A stretch of DNA of 64,000 nt, from assembly GCA_036172245.1 (NCBI GenBank), contig JAYWIR010000016.1:3906001-3970000 (forward strand). The letters run 5' to 3'. The notes beneath the pieces were generated by a model. The model searched no databases. It was not told the DNA's origin and saw only the letters and a program-made list of their open reading frames with translations. Shown here piece after piece: positions 1 through 12,460 of this stretch (positions within the stretch are counted from its first letter, which is position 1; each line of letters starts with the position of its first letter). This DNA comes from Raillietiella orientalis. Taxonomy: Eukaryota. The position numbers were made by a program, and so were the translations under genes.

Positions 1-429
1 AGCCGCCCCAGGAACCTTTCCTGACTGAGGGCACGGGAACCAGCGTGGAAGAGTTCCACGGAAGGAGTCGAGGGAATCACTAGACAGTTTCTGGGAGACC
101 CGGCTGCGTTGTCGTCAGGTGGCGCCAGAGTACTCTGCATTCTCTGCAGGATGCCGGCAAGTTCTTCCTGACAACCTGGCAGGTGGTTCCACCTGGCTGC
201 GACTCGAAGGAACCGGACGGCGAGGAAGGTGGTGCATCCCTAGAGGTGCTCCTGGAGGCGAAGGTCCCGTGTGAACAGCACAGAGCTGCGGCAGCTGGCA
301 AAAAGCGGTCTCTCAGAATGTTCAGCGTGGAAGGGAGGGGGCTGAGGAACGTACCTGTCCAGTGCCCGCAGGGCAATGCACGTCACGAGCAGGCGGGAGA
401 TCCGACCGCGCGGATGCGTCTAGTGCAGC

Positions 430-750
430 GGGAGACAAAGAAACACACAGAAGTAAAAGAATGGTGCAGAGTGCTAGCTGCTACCAACTCCCGAACAATC
501 CTGGATGAGTTGGCTGGGAGCCAGGCTGGTGAGCTCCGTCTGAAGCGGAAGGAGAGTCAGGAGTGCCAAGCAAACAAATAAGTCTGTCCCTGCGTCTGCA
601 GGGGAGGAGGAAGGGCGGGTAGGCGAGGAAGGGCCACAGGCGATTCCCTGAAGTCACCTGAGGATCCTGTGCAGGATGCAGGCAAGTTCCATTCTTTAGC
701 CCACCAGGTGGCCCCCCTCCCTTCCCTCAAGGAAGAAGTCCCCATGGCGA
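430..750 (+). repeat. Unclassified dispersed repeat, inverted homologue at 33250-33590
   Basis: GACAAAGAAACACACAGAAGTAAA...GGCAAGTTCCA is shared, at roughly 75% identity by eye. Confidence 0.75.
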
Positions 751-1040
751 TGGCGATCTCCCAGCTGCTCCCTGCGCCGAAGCAGAAGTGGGAGAGGGAG
801 CTGCGACCGAGGCGGCAGACGTCGTAGTCGCTAAGAGCAGCCTTGACGTGTCTGCGGAGTTGTCCCGCGCGCGGCAGCCGCCCGCACACGCTGGCCGCAC
901 TGAGGGCTGAGCCGTCCGTACGCTCGAACGGCAAAGATGGGCGCCACCACCACGGTTCTTCTGGTCCGGTCGTGCTGGAGGGCGGGCGTTGCAAGAAAAG
1001 ACTCCAGCGCTACAACGGCACCAACGAGTGCAGCCACTAC

Positions 1041-1260
1041 GGAGGAAGGAAGGTGGTCGTCACTGCCTCAGCCGTCTTCAGGTCTCACGGAAGGATTCGG
1101 ACCCGAAGTCCCTTTGGCGATGCAACTGGGGTCGCTGCAAGTCGTCAGCCACCAGGGAGCTCCTCGATGTCCGGGACGTCTCACGTTATCTCCCACTTTC
1201 CCGGTTGGCCACTGTCATTCCTCTTTCCCAGAGGAGACAGCTCTGGAGCAGAGGATGCTG
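1041..1260 (+). pseudogene. Frameshifted FLYWCH-type zinc finger remnant (possible MULE transposase)
   Basis: GGRKVVV / SLWRCNWGRC / GHCH occur in order across three frames. Confidence 0.4.
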
Positions 1261-1470
1261 GAGAGGCCCACATCAACCTTCCAGGATCCTGGACGACAGT
1301 CTTCGAGAGGGTGCATTTGTCGAGATGTCGGTATGCATCCTGGTCTGGTCTCCGTGACCTCCCACGCGATTCGCTGCCTCTTGCAGTCAGGCACTGTAGG
1401 TTGTGGGTCTGTGCGCAGTCCAGATGCTTCCCTTCACCGAAGTGGCCATATCACCACATGTATGCCCATC

Positions 1471-2290
1471 TCGGAGGCCATGCAGCTGCGATCTGAGCGC
1501 TCAGCACCAGGCGTTGGGGGTTGGAGTCCCCGCCTGTAGGATCGGCGCCGAGAAATGGTTTTCTTTTTTCGAGTTTCCCCGCTGATTGACCTATAGGTCA
1601 GGATGAGGAAGCCGGATGCTCCCGTTGACTGAACTTCAAGACTAGAATTCGACCTCCCGGGGTCCTTCCAGGGCATCAAGGAGTCGGTTCCTTTCGGGGT
1701 TCCCCACCGGATGTGCAAATGGAGCCGTCCGCTCCCTCGGGTGGTGACCCACCGTCGTCCTCCATGGAGCTGTTTGATTCCCCCCTAGGGGGTTGCCTCT
1801 CTAGAGCGTCAGAAGCTCTTGCCCCCTTCATGGCGCGCCTTTCAGAGAAAATGGAAGGCGTCTCTTCGGAGTTATCTTCAGAGGAGGAGAAGGAAACGAA
1901 GAGAGGACACTTTTCGGGTTCTCTTCGGAGAAGAAACAAGGAAAGGAGAGAGATCTCCTAAGGAGAGAATGAGGAAGAGATGATTTCCTCCGAGATTCCC
2001 TTCCTAGAGTAAGAGGAACGAACTCCTTCCTCCGGAGGTCTTTTTAAATTCATAGGGTGGTTCCTCCGGGGTCACCCCTAACTTGTAAGTTGATACTCAC
2101 TCTCGGGTGGCGTGGACAGAGTTCAAGAGCTTCGTGAACCCCTTATGAAGAGGCGAGGACGGTTCTTGAATACTTGGAGAGCCAAAAAAAGAAGCTGGAG
2201 GGAAAGCAGAGAAAGCAGAACAGCCGAAAGGATTCCCACTCACTCTAGGCCCATGATAACTATGTCCCCTTGAAATGGCTACTGGTCTTT
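1471..2290 (+). repeat. tRNA-headed SINE-like repeat copy
   Basis: Head, body (GGTCCTTCCAGG, CTCTTCAGAGGAGG, GGGGTCACCCC) and A-rich tail shared with the other copies. Confidence 0.75.
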
Positions 2291-3549
2291 GATTACAAAG
2301 CACATCACGAAGTGGGACGCTCCACTTCGAGATATGCTGCCTCTATATTTGTTGGCAGCGATTGCCGGTCGCTCACTTCATTTTCCTGAGGAGTCGCCCG
2401 GGAACACCCCAGTGCACGGTGCCACGCCTGGCCTCCGTTGCCAGTCTTTTGGATTGGAGGCGGAGCTCCATTCTCCTTGCCGCCTGGAGGTCAAGCTGTC
2501 CGTCGGTACGCGAAGCCACCAAGGCTGTAAGACGGACTCTGCTCCAAGGCGTGATCTCCAATGCTGACCTCTTTCCCGTGTTGCCCAAAGACAACGACGG
2601 GGAAAACCAAGATTGTCTGGGAGCCCCTGACGGACGGAGGAGCCCTTGATGTGGGAAGGATACGAGAATCAAAGACTCGGCGTAGGTTTCGTAAGAGGAA
2701 ATCCGCAACAAGAAGGATTCGAGAAAACGAGAGAAGAAGCCCTGCTGGCTTCAGAATGATCTACGAGGAAAAGAACTTCATGACCACAGCCAGAAGACCG
2801 TACACGTGTATCTGGAAGGACGGATTCGATGCTCACGAAGGGATCCGTCTGGTCAAAAACCAGAAAGAAAGCGTCAAAGTCCGGTCTGACCTAGGCAGAT
2901 ATCAACCGTTGCTATCGAAGAGTTTCATCTGAACATCGAGTCGCTACAAAGAAGCTGGAGTGTTCTCCAAACTGCTTTGGAATTCGTTGCAATTCATGGC
3001 CGCCGGATCTCAGGCACGGACCGGAAATCCGCTCTCAGTAGCAACGAAGTGCGACAGTTGGATCTTCGTGAGAATTTTCCAAGAGAAAAACACACACACA
3101 CAAAAAGCATTTCTTTTCCTTTCTGGAAGCGAGTTCCAGTTTCAGCAGGATGACCAGATGCCATGCAAGGCACCACACCTGCTGATGTCAGTCTCCAGCA
3201 GTCGAACGAACGCTGGAGATCTGGCACAAGGATGGGAGCTACTGGCGGCGGCTGGAGGCAACACGGAGCAGCGATGGTACTGACCTAGAACCGCTTCTTC
3301 TGCACAGTGGGAGGATTTCCAAGATTTCTCACCCATGACGACACTGGAGCGGTTAGACGTTCAGTAGAAGGAAACGCTCTTTGTCGTCCACGGGCCAAAA
3401 AAAGAAAAAACTCCTTTAACACTTCATGCGATTTCAAAATCGTAGGAAGATGGGATTCCCTTCTGACTCCTTCCTCTCTTTGAAGGATTAGCTCCGTATT
3501 TTCTTTCATTTTTCTCAAATCGCCCCACCCTTCTTGTGATCCTCGTCCA

Positions 3550-5250
3550 ACTCATCAGACCTCACGAATCTCACAACATCCCTGCCACAAAGACGATCGT
3601 ACTCGGATGTTCCACGCGCCTTCCTTGGAAAGTCGACCGCTGAGGAAGGCGATCCCTCCCTTCCATAGTGCCCACTCACCCGTCGTCGGGATGCGCTTCC
3701 GCATGGATGTGTAGCACCGAAGAACCAATTTTCCTTCTTCTCCATGCGACGAACCGGAAGAGAGAGCGACAAGCGCGGCGGGTACATCCAGCATCGAGGA
3801 ATGTCTGGATATTTCCCAGAAAACGCGGGACATCGACCGAGACTGTTTCCACGGATCCCTGCTCTGCACCAGACCCCTCGCGTCTCACCAGGGTGCTCGC
3901 CGCAAACACGCCCGCTGCACTCGCGGCCCAGAGTCCACCACCGTTCCAGGGCAACTAGCGCGTTTCCTGAGTGCACGCCCCTCCTGCGATCCGAGCAGCG
4001 GAGCGCCCCAGTCCTTTCTGCCGAAAGGGACTCACCCACCGCCGGGTGGCCACCCGGCCTCGGCGTCCGAGCACGCTGCACTTCCCAGCCGCGTCTGAGG
4101 GTTGAACCGACCCGTCGCAAAGCGACACGCCGGGGCGTCTCCCTGCGCGGAGGAGCGAAGCAGCAGAACTGCAGGAAGGAACGGCGCTGCCGGTCACCCC
4201 GGAGAGGAGTTCCCCCGGTCCCGCAGGTCGACTGTAGAAACTGTTGGTGTCATCGGAGGACCGAGTGGGTGGATATGGATCGATATGACCGATGAGCAGT
4301 GGGAAGGGGGGAAGTGGAGGAGAAGGGAACACCGGGATCGCTTCTGCTCTTCGGCAGCTCCTTCCACGAGAATCTGGTGGTTTCCTTGGTGAACAAACGG
4401 AGTCCCCGCCACCTGCCGGCCTTCCCTGCGAAGCGGCGGCGTGGGTGGCTTCCCGTTGCCGTAGGTGCAGAACCAGCGGGCACCGGGCCTTGAAGATGCC
4501 GAGGATGCAGCCTACCGTTGCCATCGCGGCGACAGGAGCAGCATCCTGTGGCCAGAAGAAGAATCGACCGGCGAGGGTCGCTGAGACCGACCCAGGTGAC
4601 CGGCAACCGACGGAGAGCGCCGCGTCTGGAGAATCCGCCGCCCCTCGCAACCTGGCGCGGGCGCTCGTTGCGAGGGCTGCAGACGCGGTGCAAGGAGAGC
4701 GCTGCGTCTCGCGTTGCCACGTGACGGGAAGCGCGGGGGCGTCCTGGCGCGGAGGAGAAGCGGCCGGTTCTTCAGAGCACGCGCCCGGTCGCTTCGCCTG
4801 GAGGAAGGGCATGGTCAGCACCTTAGAAGGGCGTCCTCCCGGAAGTTTCTCCTCCTCGGCGCACGTCCAGAACGTGCAGGACCCGCATTGGCACCCCGGC
4901 TGGCAACCGTTGTCGCTTTCCTGCCGCGGGCAAAGGCGCAGCAGCGGACGGACAGGTTCGCTCCTCCGGCTCCTCGACGACGCTCTGCAGGTGGAGGATG
5001 GGCCGTGGTCCGTTAGTCCCATCCGCTTTTCCCTGTGACGCTTTTCCCTCTCTCGCCCCCTTGCCTTCGCGTGCTGCAGCCATCCCGAAGGAAGACTACG
5101 GAGTGCCGGGTGGGGTCCCACCCCCAGCCCAGCTGCAACTCTTCTGCACGTCGGTGTCGCTGGGGTCTCCCAGACAGAGCTCCCTCTGCCGTCACCTTGG
5201 TTAGACAGAGTTTTACTGTCCATCGCATTTATCAGTGTTACCAGCTTCAT
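3550..5250 (-). mobile_element. Degenerate L1/Tx1 ORF2 C-terminal fragment
   Basis: KLVTLINAM, RHREKRMGL (cf. PKEKGGLGL) and ALWKGGIAF. Part is duplicated at 41310-41665. Confidence 0.6.
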
Positions 5251-6290
5251 TGTTGCTCGGGATCTTGGAGCTGCTGCGCTTCAGGAATGAAAAATTCGCA
5301 AAGTCCTCGACGTAAAGTGGCCAAGCCTCGTTCTAGGGTTCCTTTTTCCAGAGGGTTCACGTTGCTGCCATTCGGGTCGCTTCAAGGGTCACACAGTCGC
5401 TGGTCTGGCAGATGCAGAGGCACCGTGACGCTTGCCGTCCATCCCTCAAGTGTTGCTCGGGATGCCTCGTAGATGGGAGGAGTTTACGCCGCGGGCTCGA
5501 CAGGGCGCATCCGTCCACAGAGCTCTTCTGATAGCAGGCGTGCCAGAACGCAAAGATGCCCGCATCCACGAAACGGAAACGAAACCAACCGGGTGGGGTT
5601 CCGGTCCGCGAAAGTGGGGAGCCGAGCGGGGACCGAAGGAGAAGTTCCGTGCCACTCCCGTCGACGGCCGTTAGGGATGCTGTCGGGAATCCACGCCGTA
5701 CCCTGAGGCGCGCTGGTTCCAATCGCGGTCGCAACACTCGCGGAAAGCGAGGCGGACGCCAGGTTTCCTCATGATCCAAACTTTGCATCACGAGAACCTC
5801 CAAGGTCGCGACTCGTCTGGAAAGGAATGCATCTTATCGCCTCCTTCTGAGAGACATCCCTGAGTACAAACAAAATATTTACGTCTCCGCAAGCAGCAGC
5901 GCATCACGATGCACCAGATGATGCATCGTTGCCGTGGCTTCCCGGAGAACAATGCAGAAGAGAACTCCGTAAGCAAACCCAAGGCTCACGCTCAGCAACG
6001 CCTCCTCCCACCGAAACGTTGCGGAGGGGGAGGGAGCCAGGAATCATGCGAAGGTCCGGAAGCTCTTTGCTGCTGCTTTCAGGAACGCGGAAGCAGCATT
6101 GCATTGCCCGATCATGAGGTCACCCCTCTTCCCAGTCGTGAGCTAGGAAACTGGGAAGCGTTCGAGTGTTCCTCCTCGTTCGGGTCTTCCGTTCTCCTTC
6201 TCAGGGTCCTCTTTTTTTTTTTTTTTTTGGTTTGTCAAGTGTCGCAGATCCGCTTCTTGGCCTTTTGGCTAAGATCAAAATGGTTGCCCA

Positions 6291-7270
6291 CGTCGGAGGC
6301 TTTGTGGTTAGGGCTTCCGCTCGTGGCACCATGCGTCGCGGGTTCGAATACTTCGGCAGAAACTCTGACGCCACTGCGTCGGTGGGTGCCGAGTTCCTCC
6401 TGCAATGGCGCTGGTTGGCCTAATCATTCGGGCGTGGCACCGGCGGTGGATTAAGCCGGAGGCCCCCGATGAAGGCCAGAACAATGGGAGTCGACCTTCG
6501 GGTCCTCCCAGGAATAAAAAGAGTGGGGAGTTCCCCCTCCTGTTGTGCAACGGAGAGCGGACCCCCCCACCGGGGTACCCCTCCGGTTTCAAGATGGAGC
6601 AGGAGCCCTCACGGGCACCTCTCCAGTTGTTTAAAGGAGCTGACCCCCCCGTTGCAGGGGAGACCCTCCAAGTCGCCGCCTCTCCAGAAGAGTGCAAGGA
6701 AGCAAGCGAGAGCGATCCCCCTGTGGGAAGCTGAAGCGTCCCTTCGGGCTTCTCTTCAGAGGAATGAACAGGAGCGGTTCCCTTGGGGGGTTCCCTCCGG
6801 AGAAGAAATTCGTACAAGCGGATCCTTTCCGGGTTCCCTTCGGCGAAGTTGAAATGGAGGAACCACCCCCCTTCCGGGATGGTCCCTCCAGAAAGAATGA
6901 GGAAGGAGATTTCCTTCAGGATTCCCCTTCGGAGACAACCAGGGTGGGAGGTGCGATCCCCCCCAGACGGGGGGGATCCCTCCCCAAGCGTCATAGGGCG
7001 AGACCCCCCATCCCGGGTTCCCCCTATCCTGAAGAATTACACGCCCCCCTGCGGGTTGCCGCAGGCGGAGAGGCGTGGAAACAAAACCGTGTGTTTAATG
7101 TTTAAAAAGAGCCACGTGCGGCGCGAGGCACGCGACCGGCTCTTGAGGTTACGTAGCGAACCAAAAAAAGCTGAAAGGAAAACAGCGAAGACAGAAGAAA
7201 AAGAAGAACCCAAGGATTTCCATCGTCCTAGGCCAATAGCAACGATCTCCTCGTGCGGTCGCTACTGACC
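6291..7270 (+). repeat. tRNA-headed SINE-like repeat copy
   Basis: GTGGTTAG...GTCGCGGGTTCGAAT head. The tail is homologous to 2180-2290. Confidence 0.75.
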
Positions 7271-7327
7271 TTGTTAAATCCCTCCCGCATATATATATGT
7301 ATCGTGTTATTTTTCTTAATAAATAAA

Positions 7328-8365
7328 TCCGCCTCCTTACGGAAGACTCTCGAAGCACTTTTTCAGCACTCTTCCACGCCACCCGGGGGTGCGTAGCAGC
7401 CCCGGGTGATGTGGCAGCTCCTTCAAGTTAGGGGGTGACCCCGGGATGGGACCACCCTGTGAATCCAGGAAGGCTCCAGAGGAAGGAGTCCGTTCCTCTT
7501 ACGCTTGGGAGGGAACCTCGAAGAGAAGACTTTCGTCTGGGTTGTCTCTGGAGGGATTCCTCCCCAAGGCAAAAGGAGTTTCTTCGTGCATGCCGCCAGG
7601 TTTCCTCGCACAGAATTCGCGCACATGTGGTCTTCCCAAAGAGGTCACTGGGCAGCGTGCGTTCTGACGACCCTCGCACATGCGCGTTCGGTTTTTCGGT
7701 ACGCCAAGTGCTGAAGACCCGTCCGCCTCCTTACGGAAGACTCTCAGAGCTCTTCTTCAGTAACGTCCACGTCACCTGAGGGATCGTGTCAACTCTTCAA
7801 GTTATAGAGGGCGACGTCGGGAGCAAACCACCCCCTTGCGAATCCAGAAAGACTGCAGGGAGTGAGTCCGTTCCTCTCGGACTCTTGGGAGGGAACTCCA
7901 ATGGGAAGCTCTCCCTTATTCTCTCCGAGGGACTCTCGGAAAGGATCCGCTCATAATTTCCTCCCCTGAAGAGAACCACGAAGGGATGCTTCTCGATTTC
8001 CCTGGAGGGAGCTCCCTTCGGCGCGCTTCTTGCACTCTGGAGAGGCAACTCCCCGAGTGGGGTCTTCACAACCAGCTCCATCTTCACAACAAAAAGGGAG
8101 CCCCAACGGCTCCTTGACGTCCCGGAAGGGGCCCGGAGGTTCAGCTTGCAATTCCGGCCAGTCAGCAGGAGCATCCGGTTTCCGGCTTCCAGCGTGCCGC
8201 ACCCGGAGCCCACAGGTCAACCAGCGTCACCTTGCGGGGGCAACTCGAACCCATGACTCACCCCCTGTCCTCGGCATCGGGTCTTCTCCGAGTGGGTCTT
8301 CTCCGAACCCACGACACCTGGCACCATGCGCACAGGCAGATCGCAGCTGCCCGGCCACCGAGCGC
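7328..8365 (-). repeat. Two tandem SINE-like copies (7328-7570 partial; 7690-8365)
   Basis: The reverse complement matches the family. CCGCCTCCTTACGGAAGACTCTC occurs at both ~7330 and ~7722. Confidence 0.75.
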
Positions 8366-10227
8366 GGCCGAGATCAAATCGGTGCGAGACGGAGACTGTG
8401 AGCAGCAAAGCGACCTCGGAAGTCCAGTGAGCCACTTTTCGACCCAAAGTTCATTGCGCCATCCATGAACCAGGAAGCTGTATGTGGGGTGGGTGGTTCT
8501 AAGGATTTTCCCGGAAGCATTCTTGTCCAACGAGAGGTTCACTGCCGGATTCTGTTTCCAGCAGGAGCCAGCAACACGGGAAGATGGATCAGAGGGCTGA
8601 CTAATCCCACTGCCCGGGTGGAAATGCTGGTTCAGATGGCCTCCCGACCAGCATATCGATGACGTCACAGCGCTCACACACGACACGCCGCTATTCCCCC
8701 AGGGTGTAGCTCGAAAGGAACAGTCAGGTGCTTTCATGGAGCCTCCCTGGTTGCCCAAGCGCTCCGTGGAGTCAAGGAAACGCGCACCTTTGTGTGGCCG
8801 GACGCTGGCAAAGACCAGCAGCACCTTGGTCCTGCTCCTGAGGCGCCTGCAAGGATATCTTCAGCCATAAGTTTTTACCATCCTCCTCCTGTGGTAGGAA
8901 ACCACCTGAGGGTTCTCCAAGAGCGCATCCTCCACGGCCTTCGTGCAAGTGGGCGGCACTCTTGAAAGATCCCCCTCGAAGGGCAGGAAGACAGCAGGAA
9001 CCCTTTCGTCTTCGGTCCGGCGGAAGTCACTTCAGGCCAAGCCCACGAACTGGTTCTCTAACGGCACTGATCGGAAAAAAAAATGACCCGTATCCATGGA
9101 CACCACAGATGCAGGTCAGTCCACCTGTGATTGGCGAGCGGAGTTTGAAACGGGAACTGGTTCTCTATCCGGAAGACCTTATAGCCACAGGTGGGCCGCG
9201 TCTCCTGAGAAACCGCGTCCTCGCGGCACCGCGCGCGCCGGGCTGCGCCCTCTGGCGCGCTTCCTGGAAGGTTCGCACCCCCAGGTGCCAGGGCCAACCT
9301 GCAAGCTCGGCTGGACGGAGAGCCAGGAACGCCTGGAGAAAGAGACGGCTTTCTTCTTAGTGAGCAGAGCGACTGCCTCCCCTCTTCCTTTCATGACCAC
9401 CTATTGAAGGATGGAAGTCAGGGAGCGCAGGTTGAAGTTTGGACGGGGTCCCGTGGGGACAGCTCGTTTTTCAGTCTTCGGGACAGTTGACAACGGGGGT
9501 CCGAAAGGGAACAGCCTCTGGAGCAGTGGATGTCTCACTGGGACCGGGCCATCCAGGCCGGACATCCAGACCCGGCGCCTAGTGGGGGTGCGAATGGAAA
9601 GAGCCGCTCGGGCTGAAACTGCGATCTGATCCACTGCCAGGGAGGGAAGGCAGGATGCCGATGACGTCACAGCGCTCACACACGACACGATAGTGCTCCC
9701 AACAGAGTGCGGCTCGGAAGGAACGTCAGCTGCTTTGGTGGGGTCTCCCTGTTCACCCCCTGGAGTTGCGGGAATGCGCGCATCTGTGCGTTCGGACGGT
9801 GGCAAAGCGGTCTGGACCTCTGGACGGGTGCCGGTCGCACCGTCAGCTCCCCCTGGAGCACCGCCGTAGGTGTTTCTCCCAACCTCCTCCCTTGTTGATG
9901 TCGTCAGGGAAACGCAGAGGGTTCCGTTCCTCCCATGCCCTCCGTAACGATCGCCGGGGAAGGAGAAGAGAAAAGATGGAGCTCTCTGCTCCTAGCACGG
10001 GCATCCAATATGCATCTCCCCATTGAACCCGAGGTGGATTTCCCTCGGATGACGAGGAAAAAGAATAGGAAAGCAGAGGCGATCTCCAGCTCTGGCGTGA
10101 ACATCGGCGCCAGCTGGTGTTCCGAAAGAAAAGTCTCTCTGGTCTTGCACGGACCTCCGATGGGGGAGTAGCGCGTCCCAGACGAGGCGGCAGGGGCCAC
10201 TTTCATGCACGTCTGGGGTCTGGGTCG

Positions 10228-10565
10228 AAACCCTGAACGATCGGAACGGAGAGGTAGGTTTGTATATTTATCTATATATTTGTACATTCACGTATTTATG
10301 TGCACATATATATAGAAATATATACATACATTATCTGTAGATATTGAAGCATATAATAAGCACATACATGTATTTTGTATAATCTTGAACGTATATATCA
10401 ACAATGTAATCAATAGCTTATGAAGTATATTAATAAAATACGTGTTAACAAATGTTGATAAATATCTCTTCCAATAATATTACTGGTAATACATATGAAA
10501 AACTGTGCGGGTGAAAAGAAATTTTCATATCAATCAACGTAGAAGAAGAAATGCTTTTATTTTTC
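10228..10565. repeat. Fragment of the AT-rich element
   Basis: AT island starting AAACCCTGAACGATC. Confidence 0.45.
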
Positions 10566-10613
10566 ATGACCTTTTTGGATTCCGATGGACACCCTAATGG
10601 CTGTCAATGGGGA

Positions 10614-11250
10614 TACCACTCGGGTACACCGGGGCGTTTATTAAAATTCTCTGTAACGTGGTATAAGGCCTCACTGCGGCCACGCAACGCTGGACCTCCC
10701 GGGGGCTGCCAATGGGGACACAAAGAGAAAACGAACAGAAATTCCTCGTCGTCTCCGCACCCTCTCTGTCTCAGTTGGTGGCTCAGGTGATGCTCCCAGA
10801 AGGTATCCATTGGAGGTTAGAGGATGGAATGCGCCGCCTCTTCCCTCCCATCTTTGAGACGAGGTATTCGGCCCGTTAGCACCCGGTGGTTCCTGAGGTC
10901 CCAGGCTGCCAGGGAACCCGCGAAAAGGGCTCTCCTCTGGGAAGGGCCTGCGCCGTCGGCTTTTTCGTTCTCTTCCCGCCGTGCGACCTTTCCGGAGCTC
11001 CTACTGACTTCTCGGCAGGTCAGGGGACGTACAGCCGCCCCCCACCCCCAAGTCGGGTCGGAGTTTCGACACGACTTGGGATGAGATGAGGGATGTTCCC
11101 AGGATCCAGTTTGGCGCTGCCCTTTTCCAAGCTTCGTGCGGGGAGGTGGACAACGGCATCGATTTCTCCCGGGTGTTCCCCGCTCTTTGGATCAGGTCTT
11201 CGCGGAAACGCCGAAATAAGGTCAACAGCCCGCCTTGGTAAAACAGTGTC
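10614..11250 (-). mobile_element. Tx1-like 3' fragment with family terminus
   Basis: RRALFAGSLAAWDLRN, with a terminus closely matching 37622-37715. Confidence 0.7.
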
Positions 11251-11419
11251 CCTCGGAGGGATCGGTTTTTCCCTCGCTCTTCTACCAGTGTCGGGTGCTT
11301 TCGAGCTCTGTCAGACGGGAGGCGCGGAGAAAGTGACGCAAGAAAAACAAAGAACGTGGCACTTGGAGTCGGAGAAATCCGAGCTCTGTGCTCCCTTCCG
11401 GGGCGATACTGGTTGATGT

Positions 11420-12113
11420 GTGTCTAAAGGCAGGGAGCTACCGACAAGGGGCTACCGGCGTCGTTTCCTGCTGCTGAGAAGCAGCGCCGATCGTTCAAAC
11501 AGACCTCGGCAAAGAGGCACCGTACGGCACTTGGAATTTCTTTGCTCCAGCCCTCGGTCCTCCCTCTCGCAGCAATGGATCGTGCCTCGGTCGGCTCCAT
11601 CGCATGCTTTCCAGAGCAACATTTCAGGTCCTCATTTCCCTCTCTGCAAACCGCGCCGGCACAAGAACGGTCCCCAGGAAATGTCACGGAGACTCTGCAG
11701 CGACCTGGGCTCGAGTACCAGGCATCTCCGCAGTTTCACGTCTTCTGTGGGAGGCAATCTTACTGAAGACCGCCTAGAGATGGCCCCATCTGGGTAGCCT
11801 TCGGGCAGAACTGCCAGCACCCTGGACAAAAAACTGAGGACGTCTCTCAGAGAAACGTGATTTAATCCTTGGTCTCCCCCTTCCCCATCCCCAGTAAAAC
11901 TTTTCTTCCATTTTCCTCTTTTTTGTTTGTTTCTTCTTTTTTCTTCGGGTTTTCCCTTCCCCGTCGCTGTGGAAACGGACCTCGCCAATCTACGTACCGG
12001 TCATGGCAAGTTCCGAGCACGCGGTGCAACCGAGTGTTTCACCACACTTAAACACTACGGTGCATTTTATCGTTATCTTTTAATAATAGATGCCCCGACA
12101 AAACCGGGTGGTA
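11420..12113 (+). mobile_element. Tx1-like 3' fragment with family terminus
   Basis: Pyrimidine tract, hairpin and CCCCG-acaaaa-CCGGGTGG, homologous in layout to the reverse complement of 29782-29990. Confidence 0.65.
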
Positions 12114-12189
12114 AGCGTCTTCCATGAATGTGTTCGAATCCTTGTGGCTGATGACTCAAGAACTTCCACTGCGTCTTTGCCCCATCCTT

Positions 12190-12460
12190 GGTCTTCCTTT
12201 TTATTTTTTTTTGGTTCTCGAAGTACCGAAGAACAATCTGTCTCTCTAGAAGGGACTCGCGAACCCCTTCTGCACTACTCATGTCACCCGAGGGTGCCCA
12301 TAACTCTTTAAGTTAAAGGTGGTACCTTGGGAGAAGACCACCCTATCACTCCAGAATGTTTCCGGAGGAAGAAGTCCTTTCCCCCTACTCTTGAGAGGGA
12401 ACTCCAAAGGGAAGGGCAGCCCTCATTTCTTCTCCTACTTCCACCGGGACACTCCGGGGC
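12190..12460 (-). repeat. SINE-like 3' fragment
   Basis: Homologous to the family tail. Confidence 0.6.

Noticed and set aside
7965..7990. CTGAAGAG-N5-CGAAG, hammerhead-like core in SINE copies (also 13242; CTGATGAG at ~3553 minus, 27496 and 32064)
   Set aside because: The GAAA box and a stem III/UH cleavage site are missing, and the pattern is not conserved among copies.
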